Shown one piece after another: positions 51,501-64,000 of a stretch of DNA of 64,000 bases. The notes under the pieces were generated by a model, which saw only the letters and a list, made by a program, of their open reading frames with translations, made no database searches and was not told the origin of the DNA. Source of the stretch: Tubiluchus corallicola. Its lineage: Eukaryota; Animalia; Priapulida. Position 1 is the stretch's first letter, and the number at the start of each line of letters is the position of its first letter. A program made the position numbers and the translations under genes. Where the stretch lies: assembly GCA_030141605.1 (NCBI GenBank), contig JAQGDQ010000118.1:529174-593173 (forward strand), read 5' to 3'.

Positions 51501-54500
51501 ATTTTACAACAATGCACCCCATCGTAACTTTGCTAAATTTTACAACAATGCACCCCATCGTAACTTTGCTAAATTTTACAACAATGCACCCCATCGTAAC
51601 TTTGCTAAATTTTACAACAATGCACCCCATCGTAACTTTGCTAAATTTTACAACAACGCACCCCATCGTAACTTTACTAAATTTTACAACAATGCACCCC
51701 ATCGTAACTTTACTAAATTTTACAACAATGCGCGCCACCGTAACTTTGCTAAATTTTACAACAATGCACCCCATCGTAACTTTGCTAAATTTTACTGCAA
51801 TGCACGCCACCGTAACTTTGCTAAATTTTACTGCAGTGCACGCCACCGTAACTTTACTAAATTTTACAACAATGCACCCCATCGTAACTTTGCTAAATTT
51901 TACAACAATGCACCCCATCGTAACTTTGCTAAATTTTACAACAATGCACCCCATCGTAACTTTGCTAAATTTTACAGCAATGCACGCCACCATAACCCTG
52001 CTAAATTTTACAACAATCGCGCCACCGTAACTTTACTAAATTTTACAGCAATGCGCACCACCGTAACTTTACTAAATTTTACAACAATGCGCGCCATCTT
52101 AACTTTGCTAAATTTTACAACAATTCGCGCCATCTTAACTTTGCTAAATTTTACAACAATTCGCGCCACCGTAACTTTGCTAAATTTTACAACAATGCAC
52201 CCCATCGTAACTTTGCTAAATTTTACTGCAATGCACGCCACCGTAACTTTGCTAAATTTTACTGCAGTGCACGCCACCGTAACTTTACTAAATTTTACAA
52301 CAATGCACCCCATCGTAACTTTGCTAAATTTTACTGCAGTGCACGCCACCGTAACTTTACTAAATTTTACAACAATGCACCCCATCGTAACTTTGCTAAA
52401 TTTTACAACAATGCACCCCATCGTAACTTTGCTAAATTTTACAACAATGCACCCCATCGTAACTTTGCTAAATTTTACAACAATGCACCCCATCGTAACT
52501 TTGCTAAATTTTACAACAATGCACCCCATCGTAACTTTACTAAATTTTACAACAATGCACCCCATCGTAACTTTACTAAATTTTACAACAATGCGCGCCA
52601 CCGTAACTTTGCTAAATTTTACAGCAATGCGCGCCACCATAACTTTGCTAAATTTTACAACAATGCATGCCACGTAACTTTGCTAAATTTTACAACAATG
52701 CATGCCACCATAACTTTGCTAAATTTTACAACAATGCACCCCATCGTAACTTTGCTAAATTTTACAACAATGCACCCCATCGTAACTTTGCTAAATTTTA
52801 CAGCAATGCACCCCATCGTAACTTTGCTCAATTTTACAACAATGCACCCCATCGTAACTTTGCTAAATTTTACAACAATGCACCCCATCGTAACTTTACT
52901 AAATTTTACAACAATGCACCCCATCGTAACTTTACTAAATTTTACAACAATGCGCGCCACCGTAACTTTGCTAAATTTTACAACAATGCACCCCATCGTA
53001 ACTTTGCTAAATTTTACTGCAATGCACGCCACCGTAACTTTGCTAAATTTTACTGCAATGCACGCCACCGTAACTTTACTAAATTTTACAACAATGCACC
53101 CCATCGTAACTTTGCTAAATTTTACAACAATGCACCCCATCGTAACTTTGCTAAATTTTACAACAATGCACCCCATCGTAACTTTGCTAAATTTTACAGC
53201 AATGCACGCCACCATAACCCTGCTAAATTTTACAACAATCGCGCCACCGTAACTTTACTAAATTTTACAGCAATGCGCACCACCGTAACTTTACTAAATT
53301 TTACAACAATGCGCGCCATCTTAACTTTGCTAAATTTTACAACAATTCGCGCCATCTTAACTTTGCTAAATTTTACAACAATTCGCGCCATCTTAACTTT
53401 GCTAAATTTTACAACAATGCGCGCCACCGAAACTTTGCTAAATTTTACAAAAATGCGCGCCACCGAAACTTTGCTAAATTTTACAAAAATGCGCACCACC
53501 ATAACTTTACTAAATTTTACAACAATGCGCGCCACCGTAACTTTACTAAATTTTACAGCAATGCACGCCATCTTAACTTTGCTAAATTTTACAACAATGC
53601 ACGCCATCTTAACTTTGCTAAATTTTACAACAATGCACCCCATCGTAACTTTGCTAAATTTTACAGCAATGCACACAACATAACTTTGCAAAATTTTACA
53701 ACAATGCATGCCACCGTAACTTTGGTATATTTTACAACAGTGTATGCCACCGTAACTTTGGTATATTTTACAGCAATGCACGCCACCGTAACTTTGGTAT
53801 ATTTTACAACAGTGTATGCCACCGTAACTTTGCTAAATTTTACAACAATGCATGTTACCGTAACTTTGCTAAATTTTACAGGCCTACTTCTCGTGTGATG
53901 TTTGCCACAAACTAAAATATTTAAATTAAACGTAATATGGACAAAAACTTTGATTTACTTACTTAGTTGTTTTGCGTTCATTGTTGATAATAACTCCAAT
54001 AAATCCATCAACGTCAATAAATATTTTGATTCCATTTTTAGGAGCCTGATCCACTTTGTAGTTGAAAAGAGTTGTGTCTTCGTCTACTTCGGCCAAATCG
54101 TCTTCGCCTATTTTGATCCACTAGGAAAAAAATAGCTACTTAAAACTTTGAAATAAATGAGCACGTTACTTTCTTCCAAAAAAATTGAGAAGGCAAAAAA
54201 CAGTAAAAGAAGTAAAGTCGTATCTAGACGGTTCTGCTAAAAACTAGGACGTTGAGAAAATTTTGAACTGATTGACCCAAGAAGTCAGATCACTTTATTG
54301 ACGTCATTTTGACTAACGATTGATTTTCATGTGATCTTAAAAACTGTCCATTTCTCTCTTAATGGTGAATATTTCACTTTAACAACATTTTCAGCTTGAA
54401 TAAAATAAACTTACTCAATTAAATCTATTTAAAATAATGAAACTTTCTTTATTGCGTGAACATCTTATGAAATGTAGCAGATTTTCATCTTGGAATAACT

Positions 54501-57500
54501 TCACTAACACGCGGTTGCCAAAACACTTAACTCTAATATTAACTTTGCTGACTTTTTAAAAAATCCTAATCAAAATTTTTTTCTCCTAATTCAATTACTG
54601 AAAATAAAATATACACACTTTTAAATACATGTAATGCAAACAAATCACTAGTCTTGAACTTCAAAACATAAATATGTCCTTTCTAAAATCAGCAAGTTAA
54701 ATTATATCACCATTAGTTACGTTACTACTGGAACTTTTCCAAATATTTTAAAAATTGCATAAAATATTATAATTCAATTCTGAACCCACTAGAGCTGGTT
54801 TATTAGGGTATGACCAGGAGACTGTTGCATACTCAAGCTTTGGCTGAACCAATGTTTTACACAATGAGACTTGAAGTTTAAATGACCGTGACAGGACAGC
54901 CCGTTTAGTCTCAATTAGCTGTTATCACTATAATCTATGTTAGCTTTTTGCAGCTTTTTTTACAACAGCAAAGCGATGAGGTGCTGTTATGTATTTAGTA
55001 AAGTGGCTAGAGTAAAGAGAACGTATTTTAAAGGAAAACCGGATGATTGTGTAAACATTAGTTCAGAATAAAGAATGCTCTAAAATATTGAAAACTACAA
55101 TAGCTTTTTTTTAGATCAAACCTTAGATTAAATAATAATTACCTCGGATACTCAAATTTTGTTAAACTTTCAAAGCTACGCGCGGTTCAGTGAATCTACT
55201 AAGATTGGCAACGGCGCCTTTTTGTCACGTGCGCGTGGCCGACAAATAGAAGACGGTACCGTCATAAGCATGATCACGAACTGTGGTGTCAGTTTCTGAC
55301 GTCATGTGATGTAGAGCCTTTTTTCGTGACATCATGCGTTTAAGCAGTACTTATGCAAATGTGCTTGATGCGCAAGGGAAGATGCCTGCCATTGCACAAA
55401 CTGTAACTGTGGTTAGTTTCTGACGTTTCTGACCCTTCTAACGGAAGTGGTGCTGACAAGCCACTGGCGTAGCAATGTCTAGTTCTTTTGCTGGATTACT
55501 GCTGCGTTTACCTGTCTGAAGGCAGATTTCTTTTATTTTAGAGTTCTGCCTGCCCAATGTCTACAATAGACGTGACGGGCGTATGATATGGTGATGACGT
55601 AAGCAATAGCTGTGTTCGGTTGCCGTTAATTAACTTTCTAGCTAATATATTCAAACATAAGGAATAGTTCTTAGCTTTTATAGGTAAGAGAATGTATATT
55701 ATTGACAGTAAATTAAAATGAGATTGAGTCTAAACATTTGTCCGGTCTTCCTTCAAATTGATGATTCAAGATTAAATTATTAAACTGATTCAAGATTAAA
55801 TCATTGTCTGAGCCAGAAAGCTATTTAGGTGTGGCACATCACGCTACTACCAGCTGATGGTCGACCCACTTAAGAGAATTCGTCACGAGTGTAGAACTCA
55901 TGATATTACCCCTGTGCGCAGAAGCTGATTAAACAAAAGGTATTGTAGCCCGCAGGACAAGACAGATATGGAGACTGAGGGCTAGCATGAGTTCCTCACT
56001 ATTTAAACTGTCTCTAAGTTTAATAAACGTGCAGTTCTATAAATAAAGCTTTCTCAGCTTGCTATACCATCTTGGCTGTTCACACGCAATCATCACGAGC
56101 CAAACCGCTGCAGAAGAAAAAATAAACAGCAGCTATAAATAATTACGAACATTAGAGTTTTTACTACTAGATGTGAACTTCCCTTTATGACATGTTGCCG
56201 TTTTATCACAACAGTTATGATAACGCATTAGTGGACCTTGACGGTGACTTGTTCAATGAATATTAAAGTGTAACTTATTCTTACAGATGAAGTATTATGC
56301 AATGGCTTTATTAATTTTGTAAGTTCTGTCCTCTACTAATATAAACAAAACGAAAAAACTGACAAAGAACTTAATAAAGAGAAAATGGTTACTACAATTA
56401 ATGATAAAACTCGTAATTGTTGTTAACATATTTACCGAGCAAAAAGTAAAAGCTTCAATATCGTCTTCAAACTTCTCTTGGTTGAAAATGAGAACTTCAT
56501 CATCCGTAGCATCTTCAAAAATTACCATGAAAGTGTGAGGAACGCACAGCTCGAACTCGGCTGAAAAAATTGTGAAACAATGTTTTTAAGACGTAAATGT
56601 TTTATTCGTTCGCTCCTTCCTCCATTCCTTCATTCACAATTCTTTCACTACGTAGCCTTTTTATACGTAATAATAAAGTTTTGATTTCTCTGCTATTATG
56701 TTGATTTCAAAATTTTCTTAAACAGCCTTACTTTTTTCTGGCTCATTTGGTTTGAGTTTCCTTGGATTTTGTTTAAAGGAAAAGCGGATGATTGTTTAGA
56801 CTCAATCTCATCTTAATTTACTGTGCAAAATATACATTTTCTTGCCTATAAATGTTAACAATCATTCCTTATATTTTAATAATTAGTTTAGAAAGTTAAT
56901 TAACGGCAACTGAACACAGCTATTGCTTACGTCAGAAAATAATCACAGTTTGTGCAATGGCAGGCGTCTTCCCGTGTACATCAAACACATTTGCATAAAT
57001 GTTACAGTACTGCTTAAACGCTTGATGTCACGAAAAAGGGCTTTACATCATAATACGTCAGAAACTAACACTGCAGTTCATGGTCATTGTTATCACGGTA
57101 CCGCCTACTATTTGTCAGCCACACGAATGTGACAAGAAGACGCATCTGCCAATCCTAATAGATTCACTGAGCTGCATGTAGCTTTGAAGGTTTAACGAAA
57201 TTTGAGTATCCGATATAATTATTATTTAATTTAAGGTTTGATTTCAAATAAGCTATTGTAGTTTTCAATATTTTAGAGCGTTCTTTATTCTGAACTAATG
57301 TTTACACAATCATCCGGTTTTCTTTTAAAGCATGCATTATCTGAATTCTTGATTGATATTGAATTGTCTTTTACAAGTGCTGCTCTCTTCCGGATATTAA
57401 AGTATTTCTCTGATTTTGTTGTGATTTATGATTTAGATTTCTGACTCTTATGTATTTTTCTTAGTTATGTTGTCAGTGATCTGCCATTAGTATCATTCGT

Positions 57501-57733
57501 TTACTTTTGTTTTCTAAAAAGGTTGTTGACTCGTTTACTTTTTTCGCCAACCTTTCTCTGTGTTTTGTGTATATATCGTTATGTAATTTGAATTAAGGGG
57601 AAAATAATCAATAATCAAATCAAATCAAATCAAATCAAATCAAATCAAATCAAATCAAATCAAATCAAATCAAATCAAATCAAATCAAATCAAATCAAAT
57701 CAAATCAAATCAAATCAAATCAAATCAAATCAA

Positions 57734-57795
<62 letters not shown>

Positions 57796-57806
57796 GCACG
57801 CACGCC

Positions 57807-57838
<32 letters not shown>

Positions 57839-57841
57839 CAC

Positions 57842-57921
<80 letters not shown>

Positions 57922-59332
57922 TTACACACACACACACACGCACACACACACATACACACACACATATAATCATATATAAACGTAATTATTATTTAATATT
58001 AGTAAGACTCATAAAGAAATCAAACTTCTTTTACCTAAAAAAAACTTACCATTACTGAAAACACCTTTCGTTTTCTTCACCTTGTTCCTCTTCTTCCGAC
58101 TTTTATCGATGTCGTCATAATGCTGGTGAATGATCGTTTGTATGATTCTGTGATCGTCTTCTCTTTGAGAAAGCTCGTCTGCGAAGTGGTGATAGTTTGA
58201 ATTATGTTGAGGTCTTTTGTAATGTCCATTGTTGTTATGAACCCAGTTGCGCTTTGATTTAGCTATTCCTAGAAGCAACAACAAGTACATACATGAGCTG
58301 ATAACAAGTATAACTGTAGTACTAAAACACATAGTATAAAATTTTGTGCTGTTTTAAACTTGTATTGCCCCCTATTCTCTGTTATAAATTGGTTTCCTTT
58401 TAAACAGGTCATGTGACCGGTCTTTTACCTGTACACTTACCTGTAGATTGGAGTCACGAAAATGGGCTTTACATCATATGATATCAGGAACTAATACTGC
58501 AGTTCATGATCACAGTTATCACGGTACCGCCTTCTATTTGTCGGCCACGCGAATGTGACAAAAAGGCGCCGCTGCCAATCTTAGTAGATTCACTGAGCCG
58601 CGCGTAGCTTTGAAAGTTTAACGAAATTTGAGTGTCCGAGGTAATTATTATTTAATCTAAGTTTTGATTTAAAATAAGCTATTTTAGTTTTCACATTTTG
58701 GACCATTCTTTATTCTGAACTCATGTTTACACAGTCATCCGGTTTTGCTTTAAAATACATTCTCTTTACTCTAGTCACTTTACTAAATTCATAGCAGCAC
58801 ATCATCGCTTTGCTGTTGTAAAAAAGTTGCAAAAAACTAACAGATTATAGTGATAACAGCTAATTGAGACTAAACGGGCTGTCCTGTCACGGTCATTTAA
58901 GCTTTGAGTCTCATTGTGTAAAACATTGGTTCAGCCAAAGCTTGAGTATGCAACAGTCTATTGGTCATCGCATCACCCTAATAAACCATCTCCAGCGGGT
59001 TCAGAGTTTCTGTATTTCAATTTTCGCTTTCACAAACACGTGCAACACGCTCGTCGAATATTTTTGATATTGAAGATTATGTTAGTTTGTGATGTCATCA
59101 ATAGTTGGGCTCGGCCGCCGTTAACTAAGTTTTAATCTATTATTTAATTATCGGAAACACTTGCAGTAATAATTGCGTTAAAATGAACACTTTTTACCGT
59201 TTTTGAAATACGGGGCAGTATATGAAAAGCGTCCCGTCTTCTTTTAAGCAACTCATTTGCGTAAAATTGTTGGAATCTTCACTATTTAGATTTTGGCTTT
59301 AATTAAGCGCCTGATGGATCGAAATGCAAAAT

Positions 59333-59410
<78 letters not shown>

Positions 59411-59486
59411 CTCTCTCTCCTTCTCCCTGTTTCTCTCTCTCTTTCTCCCTGTCTCCCTGTTTCTCTCTCTCTCTCTCTTTCACCCC

Positions 59487-59535
<49 letters not shown>

Positions 59536-59756
59536 TAACAAAAACTTAATATAACCAACTTACCTTGATATGTGTTAGGTTGATGCGCAGTATTTCTGGG
59601 TGGGTACGATTGCTGGTTAGGTGCATGTCTGCTGTATCCAAAATTATTTCTTACATACTGTCCAGTGCAGTAAACAGAATAGTAGAACGTCAAAATGAGT
59701 AAAATCTGCCAAGGAAAAAAAACTGTTTTTTTAAACTGTATAGTTAGCTGTGACAT
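42539..59756 (-). CDS. Secreted pentraxin-domain protein, 7 coding exons, about 483 aa
   Basis: Exons 59756-59564, 58268-58050, 56560-56436, 54120-53963, 46124-46021, 45255-45076 and 43011-42539. All introns are GT-AG with compatible phases (1,1,0,2,1,1), giving a 1452-nt open frame. Signal-peptide-like N-terminus; pentraxin motifs [60 protein letters not shown]. Confidence 0.9.
46777..47810. mobile_element. Possible solo LTR / unclassified insertion in pentraxin intron 4
   Basis: Block with higher GC than its flanks, starting TGTCACAC and ending ...GTAGGACA, with AATAAA near 47597; no clean TSD. Confidence 0.25.
47958..48173. repeat. (AACAT)n microsatellite
   Basis: Pentanucleotide run. 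Confidence 0.98.
48558..53880. repeat. 36-bp minisatellite, about 148 units, in pentraxin intron 4
   Basis: Consensus AACAATGCACCCCATCGTAACTTTGCTAAATTTTAC, with variant positions clustered in the first half of the unit. Confidence 0.98.
55032..55752 (-). mobile_element. Kolobok-like MITE, copy 3 (reverse), with nested 168-bp insertion
   Basis: TTAA|AGGAAAACCGGATGATTGT...CCGGTCTTCCT; extra segment 55427-55594 flanked by TGACGT repeats. Confidence 0.82.
56777..57324 (+). mobile_element. Kolobok-like MITE, copy 4 (complete)
   Basis: TTAA on both sides; TIR AGGAAAAGCGGATGATTGT / ACAATCATCCGGTTTTCTT. Confidence 0.88.
57612..57964. repeat. Compound (AAATC)n + (CA/CACG)n microsatellite
   Basis: Direct reading. 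Confidence 0.98.
58453..59003. repeat. Inverted copy of 54781-55330 (Kolobok end plus flanking LINE-RT relic)
   Basis: Reverse complement aligns across the TTAA junction and about 250 bp of flank; the flank translates [14 protein letters not shown] (LINE ORF2 motif). Confidence 0.85.
59335..59530. repeat. (CT)n microsatellite
   Basis: Direct reading. Confidence 0.97.
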
Positions 59757-61074
59757 AGTTGAAGATTTAATTAATATCACGCACAGTTATGTACTATAAA
59801 ATTGATTGCTCGTGTGACAACAATAATAGTAAAAAAACATAGTACCTCAGTGGCAGATACAGGCTTTCACATCAACACAAATACACAATTAATACATTAA
59901 AAGAATCAAAAAGTTATCAATAATTCAATGAATAACGAACAGCAAGATACATAATAGGAAGTAAATTTTGGAAAAAATGATTTAAACTGTCTTTAGACGT
60001 ACGTCAACCTATGGTAAATAAAGATAGTGATATCACTACTTCCTTTAATACTGATATCTAAACAACGTTATGTACAGCATCATTACAAATATACTAACTT
60101 GACTCTCAAAACATTGTGGGGTTGAAAGATAAACAAGAGAATTATTGCTGTTGTATGTTGCTTAGTAAATTCATATACAGTTTACTTTGAGCACATAACT
60201 AGTTTAGATGTATCATAGTTTAGATTTGCTATATATACAAATGTGAATGTGTTGCGGGCAGTAAGAGTTTTGGCTTTAGAAAAAGGGTGGGCCCAACGAA
60301 AAAGCAGCTAGGGGGTCTGGGGAACACCGGCTATTAATACATTTCACTGCATTTTAAACCATTTTTCATACTATTTCCTCAAGCAAATTTAATAGTTTAA
60401 AACTCATTATGTCACCTCAAACTTTTGACTCTTAATTATACATCAATACACCTTAGTATAGCATGTAATTGCAGGCAGCGACATTTTTACCAAAAGATTC
60501 AATTATTTCTTAAAGGGCACAAACGTTTTTACACTGAAATCATTAATGCAGAATTTTTTACTCGATATAAGTCATTAAAAGTTACAACTAAACGTTCTAA
60601 AGCTTATAATCCACAGAAAGCATTCACTTGGTGTGCTGTAACAGCTACTATGAAAGGGTGGGCCCAGGCACCTTGGGCCCACCCCCTGAGTCGGCCATTG
60701 CCAGACGGGTGTACACTGCACAATATCCATTACCTACTTAATCTGAATCCTGTAATTAACTTCAATTATTCAGTTCTCATAATTAGTGTTGTACTGTGTG
60801 CTGTATAATGCAATGTACATTATGCAATCTATAAAAAATTACAAACAGACAAAACATTGAAATGTATAATCTCATAATGCAGATAAAACTATTGATTAGA
60901 AAGAAATGAAAACTAACCTAAATTGTATGATATAAAATGCTCATAATTATGTTGAGTAATTAACTAATAATTCTGAACATTGAAGAAAGTGTCAAGGTGT
61001 AATTTAAATTTTGTCATTTTCATGCACGAGACAAATAGTAAAAAACTGGATATTGAGAATCAATCAATGGAGGA

Positions 61075-61703
<629 letters not shown>

Positions 61704-62440
61704 AAAAAGGGACGAAAAAGGAAGGCTAGAAAACGTGACTCATTGAGTTGCACTCACCAAAATGATTAAACTCTGCATGTCCAATGCTTTGGTTGAACTC
61801 AAATCAATCGAAAATCAAGGAAGACCTGTTTCGTTGACCGATTTGTAAAACGATAATTTTTGCTGTCATATACGCACAACTTTGATTAAATTAAATTAAA
61901 TTTACCCAGTCAGCGTTTATATATTCAAGCAGCAGGTCATTGTGCCCTTTGACTTGCACCCGCCTTTACGGCGCGAACTCAAGCTTTTGTCTTATTTGGG
62001 TTATTCATTATAAAACCACCAGTACCCGGATTTTATGTGTTCAAGCCAACCAAATATTTACATTAATTTTTGTAGACAATTTCCTATCTTTTGTTATCAT
62101 ACAGTTTCTGATTCTTTACGACAAATAGCGTTTAGCAGGTAGAAATGTTCAATGTAAATGACGTATATTTTCTCTATAGGACTGAGCACACTACGTTTAT
62201 TGCGAAGGTTGAAGGCCTAGTTAATCATTATGGCAAAATGTATGCTTACTTCCGAACGTTTCATCTTGAAGGATTATCCTTAATAATGAGCTAGGTTCAG
62301 ATCTCGCCTCAACCGTCGGCATATTAAGCGGACTTTATAAAAACCAAAACTAAAACTCTTATACGAGTTGCACTGCCAGACCGCTGGACAGTGTTATACA
62401 ACTAGTGGACAAAACCCACAACAAAGAAACAGAAAAACGG

Positions 62441-62888
62441 GAAGGAGTGGTGTTTGGAAGAGGATAGGATTGGGGTAAAAACAGGAAGGAGTGGTGTTTG
62501 GAAGAGGATAGGATTTGGGTAAAAACAGGAAGGAGTGGTGTTTGGAAGAGGATAGGATTTGGGTAAAAACAGGAAGGAGTGGTGTTTAGAAGAGGATAGG
62601 ATTTGGGTAAAAACAGGAAGGAGTGATGTTTGGAAGAGGATAGGATTGGGGTAAAAACAGGAAGGAGTGGTGTTTAGAAGAGGATAGGATTGGGGTAAAA
62701 ACAGGAAGGATTGGTGTTTAGAAGAGGATAGGATTTGGGTAAAAACAGGAAGCAGTGGTGTTTGGAAGAGGATATGATTTGGGTAAAAACAGGAAGGAGT
62801 GATGTTTGGAAGAGAATAGGATTTGGGTAAAAACAGGAAGGAGTGGTGTTTGGAAGAGGTTAGGATTTGGGTAAAAACAGGAAGGAGT
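62441..62888. repeat. 44-bp minisatellite, 10 full units
   Basis: GAAGGAGTGGTGTTTGGAAGAGGATAGGATT(G/T)GGGTAAAAACAG repeated from 62441 to 62880. Confidence 0.97.
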
Positions 62889-63837
62889 GTACAATTCGTC
62901 TGGCAATGGCCGACTAGGGTGGGCCCAAAGGGCCTGGGCCCACCCTTTCATAGTAACAGTTACAGCACCCCAGGTGAATATTTTCTCTGGATTATAAGCT
63001 TTAGAACGTTTATTTGTAGCTTTTAATGACCTATATCGAGTAGAAAGTTCTGCATTAATGATTCTAGTGTAAAAACGTTTGTGCACTTTAAGTGATAATT
63101 GAAGTTTTAGGCAAAAGATGTCGCTGTGCGCAATTATATGCCATACTAGTGTGTATGCTAGTATATTGGTGTGTAATTAAGAGTCAAAAGTTTGAGGTGA
63201 CATAATGAGTTTTATACTATTGTATTTGCTTAAAGAAATAGTAAGAAAACTGAAATGCAGTAAACATTGGTAGCCGGGGTTCCCTAGACCCCCTAGCTGC
63301 TTTTTCGTTGTGCCCACCCTTTTCTAGAGCCAAACCTACTGCCCGCAACACATTTACACTTGTATATATAGCAAACCTAAACTATGGTATATCTAAACTA
63401 GTTATGTGCTCAAAGTAAACTGTATACAAATTTACTAAACAACATACAACAGCGACAATTCTCTTGTTTATCTTTCAACCCCACAGTGTTTTGAGAGTCA
63501 AGTTAGTATATTTGTAATGATGCTGTACATAATGTTGTTTAGACAAACGTATTAAAGGAAGTAGTGATATCACTATCTTTATTTACCATAGATTGACCTA
63601 CGTCTAAATCAGTTTAAATCATTTTTTCCAAAATTTACTTCCTATTATGTATCTTACTGTTCGTTATTCATTGAATTATTGATAACTTTTTGATTCTTTT
63701 AATGTATTAATTGTGTATTTAGTTATATGAAATCCTGATCTGCCACCGAGGTACTATGTTTTTTACTATTATTGTTGTCACACGAGCAATCAATTTTATA
63801 GTACATAACTGCGCGTGATATAATTAAATCTTCAACT

Positions 63838-64000
63838 ATGTCACAGCTAACTATACAGTTTAAAAAAACAGTTTTTTTCCTTGGCAGATTTTACTCATTT
63901 TGACGTTCTACTATTCTGTTTACCACTGGACAGTATGTAAGAAATAATTTTGGATACAGCAGACATGCACCTAACCAGCAATCGTACCCACCCAGAAATA
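63838..64000 (+). CDS. Exon 1 (partial) of a divergent pentraxin paralogue; 1-nt shorter T-run frameshifts it (pseudogene or sequencing error)
   Basis: ATGTCACAGCTAACT... is nearly identical to minus-strand exon 1, but has T7 instead of T8 at about 63872-63878. Confidence 0.7.

Noticed and set aside
48518-53898. ORFs over 1000 aa ([24 protein letters not shown] and [12 protein letters not shown] repeats) as real proteins, or the array as a CRISPR locus
   Set aside because: They are by-products of a 36-bp unit lacking stops in several frames; frameshifts occur within the array and it lies inside a pentraxin intron. There are no unique spacers and no cas genes.

Overview
AT-rich, repeat-dense animal genomic DNA, probably from an invertebrate (spliceosomal introns, SINEs, LINE/LTR relics, MITEs, microsatellites). 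I cannot determine the taxon. Four protein-coding genes can be read. (1) An intronless rhodopsin-class GPCR (20728-21972, +). (2) An uninterrupted ORF fusing N-terminal ankyrin repeats to a cGAS/Mab-21-like nucleotidyltransferase (cGLR) with its catalytic motifs apparently intact (27448-29316, +). (3) A hand-spliced 3-exon CD225/dispanin (IFITM/PRRT-like) gene with an N-terminal PPPY motif (37149-40248, -), plus a downstream duplicate of its upstream region and exon 1. (4) A hand-spliced 7-exon secreted pentraxin-domain gene (42539-59756, -) lacking the canonical Ca2+-binding motif; an inverted head-to-head paralogue begins at the window end. The best candidate for a new system is the ANK-cGLR / CD225 / pentraxin neighbourhood as a possible innate-immune cluster, but the functional linkage is inference only. 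Other notable features are a 5S-rRNA-headed Nin/Deu-domain SINE, a small LTR element with a tRNA-Leu PBS that may carry a Penelope-like relic, and a 5.3-kb 36-bp minisatellite with higher-order structure in pentraxin intron 4. All family calls come from motif recognition by eye; no database search was run.
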